NCBI RefSeq assembly: GCF_001194135.2
Contig: NC_068999.1
Span: 36,277,493-36,341,492 of the forward strand
Source: Octopus bimaculoides
Lineage: Eukaryota
Length of the DNA stretch: 64,000 nucleotides
Reading direction: 5' to 3'
Shown here in pieces: positions 13,244 to 24,531 of this stretch. The notes under the pieces are model-generated. The model had not been told where the DNA came from and did no database searches. It worked only from the letters and a program-made list of their open reading frames with translations. How positions within the stretch are numbered: the stretch's first letter is position 1; the number at the start of each line of letters is the position of its first letter. The translations under genes were made by a program, and so were the position numbers.

Positions 13244-13599
13244 ATGTGTGTGAGTGTACATGTGTGTATGCGTGTATCTTCTAATCTACAGTTGCAAACA
13301 TTTAAGTTTCAAAGTCTGTCTTTATGTTTAACATTTTTATTGTCAGTTACTTTTAACACCGTTGCTTCGTTGGGAAAATATTTATGCCATGTTTGTTGAA
13401 GCCACGACTACTATTATAACGTAGGCGAGCATCTGTTCCTGCTATCTCTCAAGATATTTATCTTGGAACAAGTGTGAATATTGCAATAGTGCCAAATAGG
13501 GCAACGGATGAAGTCTAACACCGAAGTAGAGATAGAGAGAGAGGGGAACAGAGGAAGAGAAGAGGGATAGGAATAGGATACATAGAGCTGAAACCAATA

Positions 13600-13760
13600 C
13601 TGAAATATTTCCCATCTGATAATCTTTCAAATCCGTCAGTTCACCACCGAGACGACCAATCCTGGAAGGTTGAAAAACAAAATTGACATCTGCAGTATTT
13701 GAATTCAGAACGCAATAATCCACAATAAATGCAGCTAGTCATTTCGTCTGACACACCTAA
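13600..13760 (-). mobile_element. SINE S1, degenerate
   Basis: ggaaggttgaaaaacaaaattgac..gtatttgaattcagaacg is the reverse complement of the S1 middle. Confidence 0.55.
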
Positions 13761-14029
13761 AGACTGAACTAGTTCGCCACTGAGAGCCAGAAAAGCGTGG
13801 TATGATGAATGGTGAATTTTGAAAGAATCAACATTCGCAAAATATTCATTTCTGCATTAATGAAATTATCACCTGCCTCAATATATTCCGTGTAGCAGAA
13901 GTTGTAGTAGTAACCTTAATGATAGTTGCTGTATCACAAGTTTTGTAACTTGGGATTGAAACCTAACAGATCGAGCTTATAATACATCATAACACTTGAA
14001 ATCTGTAAAATCATCACTTATTACAGAAC

Positions 14030-14290
14030 AAATCGGATATGTAACGAATGTAGAAACTAAGAAGAGAAGATCTCAGGAGAATACTAAGTGTTGGAGAACA
14101 GTTTGAGAAAACAATTATTCATGTTGCACACATTTGGAATTCACAAGAAAACATGCTGCAACCCGTTGCGGAATATGACATCAAGAAAGGTCATAAATCA
14201 ATCAGGAGGACAGCAGCAAACTTATCACGTGAATTAGAATTAGATATCCAACCAGCAGTGAAAATTTCAAGCCACTGCAGTGATTAATAT
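14030..14290 (+). mobile_element. R4/Dong-like LINE post-RT fragment
   Basis: Frame KLRREDLRRILSVGEQFEKTII..KSIRRTAANLSRELEL resembles the R.EGGRGL.S.E region that follows RT in R4-type elements. Confidence 0.5.
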
Positions 14291-15034
14291 GGACATACAA
14301 ATAGCGAATCGGGTGACTGTATAGAAATAAAATAGCAAACATCTAGGCTTTTAATGGACAGTTCTTTTGTGACAAACCACATATATAAATAAATAATTCT
14401 TCCTGTGATAAAAAAAAATACGTACAAATATCCATACTAACTTGAAAAATAGAGGTGTAAGTAACACAGTTTCTGAATATCGTTGTTGGATATGTAGAAA
14501 TGATCAGCTAGAGATTATAAAACGACATTGATAAACACAAGCTTCTAGCGGTCGGTTTCCTGAAACTATGCGGGATATCGACTATTATAGCACTTTATAA
14601 GATATACTTGTGGACATAACTATGTAACAAAATAGCATTTTGTATACCCATATGGCAAACATATACGGTGCCTTATGAAACTTCTGTCAAAAACTCCATC
14701 AATTTCTATAAAACGCCATTTATTTCCTGAACGTAACAGTGCAAAGATGGAGACGTTTTGAAAAATCAAAGATAATGTCTTAATAATTGACTTAACAATG
14801 ACGAGTAGATATAATGTAGGCTTCCAATGAGCTGCGAGCTTAATTAGCTGTACTGGCTTCTTAGCTAGAAGAATAGTACACATAGCCTTCACGCACGAGC
14901 GAGTATGGCATTGGAACATATATGAGGCTTTCGTTAATTGTTTTAGTTGCCCAATTGTTTCGTTAATTGTTTTAGTCGCGAGCAGACGTATACACTCTCC
15001 CGGTCTGCTCATACTTGACGCAGATATATCACAT

Positions 15035-16960
15035 TCAACAAACTGTCTAACTTAAGAAGACACATTATTAAAACGAAAATACATCAACAATTGAAATAGA
15101 ATATTTAAAAGAAACAATACATTACTAAAACACAAATAACTATAGCAAAACACCTAACAAGAATATATGCACTAAGATTGTAATTCACAAATATAGAACT
15201 AGGAAAAGTGACATACACGAAATAAATAAAGAAATCCTAGAATAGCACAGAAATTTTACAGAAGCAAAGTTATAATTAGATGAAAAATATATGGAAATTT
15301 TTTAAATAGGAAATTCTAGAGACGAAAATCATGATCCTGGTTCTCTAAACCTAAACCGTAATTCAAGAATTCAGAGCTATATATTTCCTATGAACCAGCC
15401 TAAGCACCTTCTAAAGATAAATCTTAATAAACTGGCAACAGCAATACTAAAAACATAAACTTGATTATTACAGGTTTAATTGAAATATACTCAGTGTGGA
15501 TATTACCAAGTTAAATGAATTAATATATGGAACATCCACTAAGGTTACAAAGGATGGTAATCTCATTCATAAAGGAGTATCAAACCCCAAACAAATAACA
15601 TGGGCAAATAATATTCGAAAATCTATAGAAAATAAAATAAAGGATCTTTCAAGTCTTAATGAACTTAATAGTGAAACAGTATTATCAAAAAGAGAAAGTG
15701 AAGCACTTAGTGCAGAAAAAAGACGTAACAAAAAAGGTGTACCTGAAATGAAATAGCAACTAAAATCAGAAACCCTCGATATATCGCAACAAATCCATCG
15801 ATATGAAAAAGTACAATAATTATTTGAGTGAAACAAACACAAGCAGTTCGGCTCTAACGCAAAACGGTTTTATCGAAGACTTGGTAAAAATAAAAGAGAG
15901 GTCAAAGCAGCAGCATCGACAAGAAAAGTAAAGGATTCGGGGGAAGGAGTATGAACAGCGAAAGAATCAGCACGAAAACTGCTAGTGAAAACAACGAATA
16001 TTGTAACAGAACGACCATGAGAGTCCATACTACCAAGGAGTATTACGTTTCCCCAGAGAGTGCAAAAAAAAAAAAGGAAAACGTAGACCTCGATGGCACC
16101 CAGGCATAACACCATCCCAAAATTCTGGTTCAGATATCTAACAGAGGCGTGTAAGACAATAGCAGAGAATTTAAAGGACGGGACCACAGACAGTAGGTGA
16201 TAGGGAAAAAGCATCATAATCATTCTGTATGGCATTCAAGCTTTTGACGTACATGCTGAACGAAACTGAGTGTTGATATGATACACAATAGAAACGTTAC
16301 TGCGGATAGTACACGCATTTATCAACTACGTAGATCAAAACTAAATATGAGATACAGCTTAGAACATGTCAAAGTGACTTTGAGAACATAAATATAATAC
16401 TAGATAAAATAAAAACGGAAATGAGAACATTAAAAAAAACACAAACATAGAAATACTTAGGAACCAATGAGATAAACAAGATGGTGAGAGCACTCCGTCG
16501 GTTACGACGACGAGGGTCTCAGCGGAACGGACTGCTCGTGAAATTAACGTGCAAGTGACTGAGCAATCCGCAGACACAGGTACCCCCGACGTAGTTCTCA
16601 GGGAGACTCAGCGTGACAAGGCCGACCCCTTTGAAATACAGGTACTACTCATTTTTGCCAGCTGAGTGGACTAGAGCAATGTGAAATAAAGTGTCTTGCT
16701 CAAGGACTCAACGCGTCACCGGGAATCGAACTCATGACCTTATGATCGTGAGTCGAATGCCCTAACCACTGAGCCACGCGCCTTCACTGATAAACAAGGT
16801 ACAATGCATACAAATAAAGGAAAAGATTAGGAAACAGTATTTAAATGTTCAAGCTTAATACTTAAAACAGTGTTAAATGCAAAATATAATGTTATAGACA
16901 TCAATACTCTGTTTCGGTAATGATTTTAACTCCTAACGTTCTCAGTTGGATATTAATCAA
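15035..16960 (+). mobile_element. Decayed R4/Dong-like (restriction-like endonuclease class) non-LTR retrotransposon, internally deleted and interrupted by a SINE
   Basis: Ordered motifs: DITKLNELIYG..ITW..IRK (15496-15756), KQFGSNAKRFYRRLGK (about 15840), APRHNTIPKFWFRYLT (KAPG..FW-like, about 16100), YVD (about 16326), KYLG (about 16451), IKEKIRKQY..LILKTVLNAK..INTL (16815-16910). Confidence 0.8.
16481..16788 (-). mobile_element. tRNA-derived SINE S3 (tail variant a), full length with 10-bp target-site duplication
   Basis: A-box-like tggctcagtgg, B-box gagttcgattcc, central ccttgagcaagacacttt. Flanked by gataaacaag at 16471-16480 and 16789-16798. Confidence 0.92.
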
Positions 16961-16970
16961 CCTAGCTAGA

Positions 16971-17935
16971 TTAAATGCGAAAACAAGAAGCCTTATGACT
17001 CAGTGTTTCAGCACAAGTTTTACACACTATATGAGTTACCCAGGATTTGTCTTGATCTAAATTCATACCAAAGTAACTAAGGTAAACATTTTTCACAAAA
17101 TCAGTGATTTCCTTTCGCTGCCTAAGTAATGTGTAACATCCACAAATATAACAGAAGACATCGGTGCAGTTTTTTTCATTTTCTCCTCTCACAACTGGCC
17201 ATATTTCTTAAACGCAAAACATATATTCAAACCAGTTGTCACTTGTGAAAAAGCATTAACAAAATTTTCAACAGTTATAAAGTAAGTAAATGCAGATTTG
17301 TGATGCAAAGAGCATACATGCTATAAAGGTCTGTATACAGTTCTCTGACAATGCTTGACAGAAAGTTACCATGACCTATGTATATGACCTCACAATTAAA
17401 ACATTAAGGACGCATTCGAAATGCCAATTTTCATAAGAAATAGTTAAAGGTGCACCTGGATTGCGATGATAGTTATACTAAATCAAGCACAGTGTGGGAA
17501 CATCGACAGACAAACTCCACAAATATGAGACATGCATGATGTCAAGGACCACAGAAGTGTGTTGTTTATTAACATCTAATTCCACAAAGATAATTTCTAC
17601 CGTCACCATATGTAAAACCGGTCAGATTGAAAACAGTGAAAGTAGCACAAGTTTGACGCTTTTTATTTCTGAAGATATATAATCATGACTTTTTTCTTCA
17701 CATTGTAGTTGCATTTATTTCAAATGCTATTGAAAAGCTATGTTGTTTTAAGTTTTGTCACGCGCCATATATTGGCTTGCATTTGAATTAGTCAAATCTA
17801 TCCTAAGAAATGGTGGTGAAAATATTGGAAATGCTGCAAAACAGACATTTGAGTTTGTGAAAAATATTACTGGGAAATATGTCTCCAACACCACACAACA
17901 GAAACCTTGTTCCCAGAGTAATACTTTGGAAATGT
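16971..17935 (-). mobile_element. Chapaev3-type (CMC superfamily) DNA transposon 5' fragment with transposase N-terminus
   Basis: ORF 16971-17192: DVFCYICGCYTLLRQRKEITDFVKNVYLSYFGMNLDQDKSWVTHIVCKTC matches the recalled Chapaev3 N-terminal FCYICG..(G)DQDKSW.PHI.C..C pattern. Upstream non-coding part is shared with 21655-21800. Confidence 0.75.
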
Positions 17936-18056
17936 AGGGTATCAAAAATATATATTTAGGGTATAAAAAACATATACCAACTATGCTAGAAAGAAGACTC
18001 AACTCTCCAACGCCACATATTTCTTACTATATACAAAACACGCAGGGTGAATGTAG

Positions 18057-18277
18057 AGAATATAAGAAACAAAATAACCCTTCCCTTTGCAAAAATACAA
18101 AAGTGTAGTCATCTCAGTATAAACTGATTTCATCTTTAGTGCCAAACACTTAAGATCATCAGCTTAGTTTACTATATACAACACTTTTTTCAAAATATAT
18201 ACGGTACACAAGCAGTTGTCGGAAAATGTCATCACGGCATTATCTACCAATGAGACTAGAACATTGTTATATATATA

Positions 18278-18352
<75 letters not shown>

Positions 18353-18748
18353 NNNNNNNNNNNNNNNNNNNNNNNNNNNNNNNNNNNNNNNNNNNNNNNN
18401 NNNNNNNNNNNNNNNNNNNNNNNNNNNNNNNNNNNNNNNNNNNNNNNNNNNNNNNNNNNNNNNNNNNNNNNNNNNNNNNNNNNNNNNNNNNNNNNNNNNN
18501 NNNNNNNNNNNNNNNNNNNNAGAATATAAGAAACAAAATAACCCTTCCCTTTGCAAAAATACAAAAGTGTAGTCATCTCAGTATAAACTGATTTCATCTT
18601 TAGTGCCAAACACTTAAGATCATCAGCTTAGTTTACTATATACAACACTTTTTTCAAAATATATACGGTACACAAGCAGTTGTCGGAAAATGTCATCACG
18701 GCATTATCTACCAATGAGACTAGAACATTGTTATATATATATGTATAT
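18057..18748. repeat. Identical 228-bp direct duplication on both sides of a gap (18057-18284 and 18521-18748)
   Basis: No mismatches seen; the second copy starts exactly at the gap edge. Confidence 0.95.
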
Positions 18749-19954
18749 ATATATTTGTATGATGTGTGTATGTATGTGTCTGTCTGTCTGACATCTGTTG
18801 ACTGGTGGGAATGTTATATCTATGAAGACAAAACTGGAGGTAAGCGCAAGCGAGACCTTCGAGATTGTTATTATATTGAGTTTATCGTCTGATAGGCTTG
18901 TTTTTCACTTGGTTGACTGCATACATTTGCCGAGTACACTAACGTCTTCTATAAAAAAGAATTCATCCGCAGGACTGTTAAATGCACGTAATGTGCAGTT
19001 GCAAGACGTCTTCAAACAAAGTACAGCTTACAGTGCCATTGTAACTTACCAGCAGATTTATTTAATTATCTCCCTTTACCTTTCACACGTATGCGAGTTT
19101 CTTTTTTTCTTTTTCCAGATTACTAAGTAACAAAAACTAACAAACCACCTATCTTTTTTGAGTATTACAGTTCTCTCTTACGTGTACTTAGTAATAGAAA
19201 AAATAGATCCACAAATTATTGGAATTGATACTTCACGAGTTAACGGGATCGAATTCGCTGGCTCGTTGTACTGGGGACAATATTTCACATCGATTTAAAA
19301 AGTTAAAACCGGTGGAAGATGCTCCTAAGCAGCTTGCTTCCTACCCTAGACGAAGATATACTTACAGCAACATAGGACAGTTGGAAAAAGTACTTGTATT
19401 ACCATGGGGGAACCGTTGTTAAACGAAAGATTATCTCACTTTTAACAAAACATTTGTCAATGAAAACTACTGCCAACTCGTGGAACCCAGTTACAACTAA
19501 ATAGACTGTGGCTTGGAGCCATTTGGCAACAAGCACTACATTCAATCGATTCAACAAACAAGCTGCAACTATAGAGGAAATTATTATAGTTAATTAATTG
19601 TTAACCTTAATTATGTAAGGTCAGGGAATATGTGAACGGAAAGAATGGAAGAAAATAAAACACAAAAGATGAAAAAAAGTAATGAAAATGCTTTTTTATT
19701 CTTTTTCATGGCAATTGATAACGTTTTCTTAATCTAACATGAAACAAAAACAAGTTAGCGGAAATTGCTTCATGAAATCTTGTGTAATATGCGGAGTGAA
19801 AGAAGATGTGTCTCTGATCACATAGACCGATTATGGCAGTATCGATTAGTTATTAGAATCATAGCTAATTATATGGAAGCTTGTGAATAACGTTTGCTTT
19901 TTATATTGTTGTTTACACCATTTTTATTTACTATATTATTATTATTTGTTGATA

Positions 19955-19972
19955 TTGTTGTTGTTGTTGTTG

Positions 19973-20030
<58 letters not shown>

Positions 20031-20031
20031 C
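19955..20031. repeat. (GTT)n(ATT)n trinucleotide microsatellite
   Basis: Direct inspection. Confidence 0.95.
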
Positions 20032-20730
20032 AATTTTATTTTGATTTCTTATATTGGCACAAGGCTAGATAATGTATCATGCAGAAAAATAAACCATTTA
20101 GCCAATTCCCAGTACAATCCCCAATAGATTAGGACTAAAAGTATAAAAGAATGTATTAAGTACAACAAAAGCGTTTAAAACTGCTCTCCACTAATTCCAC
20201 TACCCTCCATCCCTTTCGTAATAACAATTTCAATGTTTGGTTAGCTGAGTGGATTTGCAGATAGACTACCAAAATTTGGTTTCGTACATCTAGGCAAATT
20301 TCTGGTTTCAAATTTGAGTGAGACTTTTTGTCTGATTTTCATCATATGCTTGATAAAATTAGCATCATTTGTGCTAAGCACCCATAAATATTACGTGTAT
20401 AACTATTTCATTGAAATAACTATTCTCCCATCATTATTGTATTCCCTTCTGCAACTGAGCTAGGTATTTATAGGGTTTATTTTAAGAGTAGAGGTGAAAT
20501 ATTTTCTGGAAAAAGAATTAGAGCGATTCCCAAATATTTTGGCATTAAAAGGAAGGTTATAGCCCATATAGATTGTCGAACGTATAGAATTTAAAACTAT
20601 ACATATCGGTGGATAGTAAAGGCCTTACACAATTCTGGAACCTTCTGTATCTTTAAAAAAAAATCAGATATTTTATTTTGATAGAAGGCTGTAGAAATAT
20701 TTAAGAATATGTCTTCTGTTCGATTAGTAT

Positions 20731-21175
20731 AAGGGCTGGGAATTGGCAGAATCGTTAGGAAGTTAAAGAAAATGCGTTGAAGTATGTATTCCCTATCTTT
20801 ATGTTCTGAGATCAAATCCGACCAAAATCAATTTTGCGCTTCATCCTTTCAGAGTTGATAAAATAAGGAACTTTCCAAGTACTGGGGGCCACATAACCAC
20901 TAAAGGTCCTCTCCTTGGATTTGCTGGCATTGGACATAAATTTGAAATTATTCCAGGCGATAAGATGGCAGAATCGTTATAGCATCGGACTGAATGCTTG
21001 CTGTATTATTTTCCGGTTCCTTATATTCTACGTTCAAATCCTGTCCGAGGCAACTTTACTTTGCATCCCTCCAAGATAAAGAAAATGCAGTACCGGTCAA
21101 GTATTGTTGTAGATGGTATCGACTAAACTCCTACCCTTAGAACTGCTAGCCTTGTGATTAAAGCAGAAACCACTA
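20731..21175 (+). mobile_element. Two tandem degenerate S1 SINEs (20731-20950, 20956-21175)
   Basis: Each starts with ..tggcagaatcgtta.. and ends with the S1 tail. Confidence 0.8.
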
Positions 21176-21654
21176 TTGTTCATTGTTCTGGAAGTTAATT
21201 GCTTTTCCATTTTTAACGTATATATTGTCGTCGGTTAGAATTGATCAATCGATATGAGGAAGTTTCTTTTTCCTGATTGTTTTTGACAACAATATCTTAT
21301 CGATTTACCTTAATCTTTCTGTCTATGTGAATTGGCATGTTCCAGACTTTCTTTTTCAATCTGGTTATCTCTGTTTTCATGTGTCTATATCGGGATAGTT
21401 CCTCCATTTATGAAATGCATATTATTGTTGTTCTTGTTATTATTGTTGTTGTTCATTTGTGTTATTGTAATATTACCTGCTTTCACTGCACTATTGCGTT
21501 CACTTCTGTATACACTGAGTGCGTGCATTGTTTTATTGTGGTTTTATTTTTACTGCATTAAATATACCCTTCCAAGCGGTGTAATTTTCTGAGTGTTGTA
21601 CATATTTGTAAGTCTTGCGATTGTGGTTATGTATTTGCCTGCTTGTTGATCATT

Positions 21655-21800
21655 TCCAAAGTATTACTTGTAAACAAGGTTTTTGTTGTTTAGTGTTGGA
21701 GACATGTTTCCCAGTAATTTTGGAATGCTGATTTCAAACATGGAATCCATTTTGTTTTAACATCGCAAACCAGGTGCACCTTTAACTATTTCTTATGAAA
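21655..21800 (+). mobile_element. Subterminal fragment of the same DNA transposon family as 16971-17935, opposite orientation
   Basis: Reverse complement matches 17428-17468 (ttttcataagaaatagttaaaggtgcacctgg) and 17863-17930 (ttactgggaaa.atgtctccaacac..aaaccttgtt..gtaatactttgga). Confidence 0.75.
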
Positions 21801-22189
21801 ATCACACATGCAAAAATGAAACAAACGCGCAATACAGCGAAAAAAATATTAAAAATAACCGTTAACAAATATGGCTGTATAAACGCCCTCGCGTAAGCTG
21901 CATGGTACGTGTACACTCGCTCATACAAGCATCCGCGAAAATGTAAGCACACGTACACGCGTGGTTTGGTACACTCACGATCACAAAGCGAAGTAAATAG
22001 CTACTTGGTGTTTATAAGAACGAGGAAGTTAATACTAAACTAAATTCCATCCATACCTGAATGTAAATTATGTTAAAACTTACTCAAATTCATTCCCACT
22101 ACACTGTGCGAAAGTATATTTATATGCGTGTAGGCATGTTGTGAGTCTTTCAGAGATTCTATTAATGATATTCTCATTAGTCCACAGAA

Positions 22190-22440
22190 TAGGCAGGGAC
22201 TCCTCGGAGCAGATTCAGTATGACCTGGAAATTTTATCGCATGGTTTCGCGTGCTTTACTATGGACCAAGTTATGTTGTAATTCATTTTATCCTCCTTTG
22301 ACAGATTTTGTATGGCGACTGAAGGAGGTTTTGTCCGCACGTTCAAAATGGTCTCAAAATCTATGCCACCAATTGTGCGCACATTATCGCCAGCATAGTA
22401 TTCAGTATATGAAACTAGGCTGCATTATTCATTCCGATTC
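22190..22440 (-). mobile_element. Decayed Penelope-like GIY-YIG endonuclease fragment
   Basis: Minus frames give YYAG, TSFSRH and KEDKMNYNITWSIVKHAKPC..*ICSEE, resembling the Penelope YIG..T.LS.HIW.LK..Y.I.W.I..A.PY..C.LC..E pattern. Confidence 0.6.
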
Positions 22441-23014
22441 CCAGATCAAGCACTCAAAATTAGCTGAATATATGATCCAAGAATCACATCTCGAGGATTA
22501 AAGACGTGTTTTTAATACGTAAAACTTGAAGTAATGCATACTGCGGTGAATCATTACGCAGACATACAGATATATGTGAAAATGTATATATACATACATA
22601 CATATATATACATATATATACATATACAGATATATATATACATATATATACATATATACATATACATATACCTATATATATACATGTATATGTATATATA
22701 TATGTATATATAGATATATTTATATATATGCATNNNNNNNNNNNNNNNNNNNNNAATAAGAGGAATGACCAGCAAAAGTGGACTCCTATATGCTAGAAAT
22801 AGATGCCTAATCATCTAACCACGAAAAAAATATGTTCTCAGTAAAAATTTAGCGACACAACAGATTGTAAAATGGCAAGACAAATGAAAAAATACTAAAT
22901 AAAAAAAAACGATTAACCTACGTACCATGGTTTCATCTGTTAAAATTTACATAAGTAAATATCTGCAGGATCATCAGCGTAGTCTATCGATTTGAAATAT
23001 AATTATAACCATCA

Positions 23015-23385
23015 TGACTACTCGTCTGATAAGGGTACACCAGGCACATGCATCATAACCATATGTGCGCAACATGGTGATCTCATATAAAGATAAACAG
23101 CGCATGACCTTGCAGGTGGAGCCCAGTTAGAATATTCGTCAGGTCGAGTAGCCCATCCCGATTTAAAGGTCCTTGAATAAGGTTTGTTTAAGGATGTTAA
23201 GCAAAACATCAATGTTTCCAAAGGTGAATTATTCAAACCCCAAAGAATTCCTCTCAGCACATGGCTATCATGCTCCCCCACTCCCACTACTTCTGCTCAT
23301 GATCAAAGGTGTACATATCGTCAACCACCAAGGCACATGCTCAACTGGTTAAGGTCAAACAACTCACAAGCAAATCTGTGTACAT
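23015..23385 (+). mobile_element. Unclassified interspersed repeat (partial copy; inverse copy at 49178-49700)
   Basis: Long stretches (gagtagcccatcccg, tgctcaactggttaaggtcaaacaact.acaagcaaat) match the reverse complement of 49280-49630. Confidence 0.85.
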
Positions 23386-23388
23386 TCC

Positions 23389-23434
<46 letters not shown>

Positions 23435-24531
23435 TGTGTGTGTGTNNNNNNNNNNNNNNNNNNNNNNNNNNNNNNNNNNNNNNNNNNNNNNNNNNNNNNN
23501 NNNNNNNNNNNNNNNNNNNNNNNNNNNNNNNNNNNNNNNNNNNNNNNNNNNNNNNNNNNNNNNNNNNNNNNNNNNNNNNNNNNNNNNNNNNNNNNNNNNN
23601 NNNNNNNNNNNNNNNNNNNNNNNNNNNNNNNNNNNNNNNNNNNNNNNNNNNNNNNNNNNNNNNNNNNNNNNNNNNNNNNNNNNNNNNNNNNNNNNNNNNN
23701 NNNNNNNNNNNNNNNNNNNNNNNNNNNNNNNNNNNNNNNNNNNNNNNNNNNNNNNNNNNNNNNNNNNNNNNNNNNNNNNNNNNNNNNNNNNNNNNNNNNN
23801 NNNNNNNNNNNNNNNNNNNNNNNNNNNNNNNNNNNNNNNNNNNNNNNNNNNNNNNNNNNNNNNNNNNNATATCGATAAGCACACATACACAGACGTTTAA
23901 GTGATGTTCCGTGTCTATATGATATCTAGTTAATAAAAACATGTAATATATAAAAAGTGAGTGATAATAAAACAAAAGAATAATATAAAGGATGATTAAT
24001 GGTGTCCTTACTTAATTACGGTCAATAATTAATTAACTCTAGTTAATATCCTCCATTCTTCCCAAAGTACAAAGTAATATAGTGAGAATAATCATATAAC
24101 ATATTACTATTTTAGTAAAGTATCGAACGATGGTGATTGTGTTAGTCTTGTGTATATATGTATGTGTAAATTTGTATGTATATGTATGTTGGAATTTATA
24201 TGTATGTACGTGTGGTTTTATATGTGGTTTTATATATTTGTCTGACTCGATACGTATATGTATGTGTGTCTTTTTATGTGAACTTTGGAAGTATTGGATG
24301 TTTGGCGGTGTGCACGTGCGCTTCTGTGTGTATAAGTGCCTGTACAAGTTTGTGAATCTATATAAATATTATATTTGCCTGCTGATGTATATATGTGCTT
24401 ATATATGCATATATGTGTTTATACGTGCATATTTGAATATCCGTGCATATTTGAATATGCGTATGTGTGACTGCAGTCTTTTGTTTGTTTCTATATTTGT
24501 ATACAAAAGTTTGGGTGTATGTGTTTTTGAA

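Noticed and set aside
19050-19122. Minus-strand segment between a good acceptor and a GTAAGT donor
   Set aside because: All three frames contain stops; no further support.
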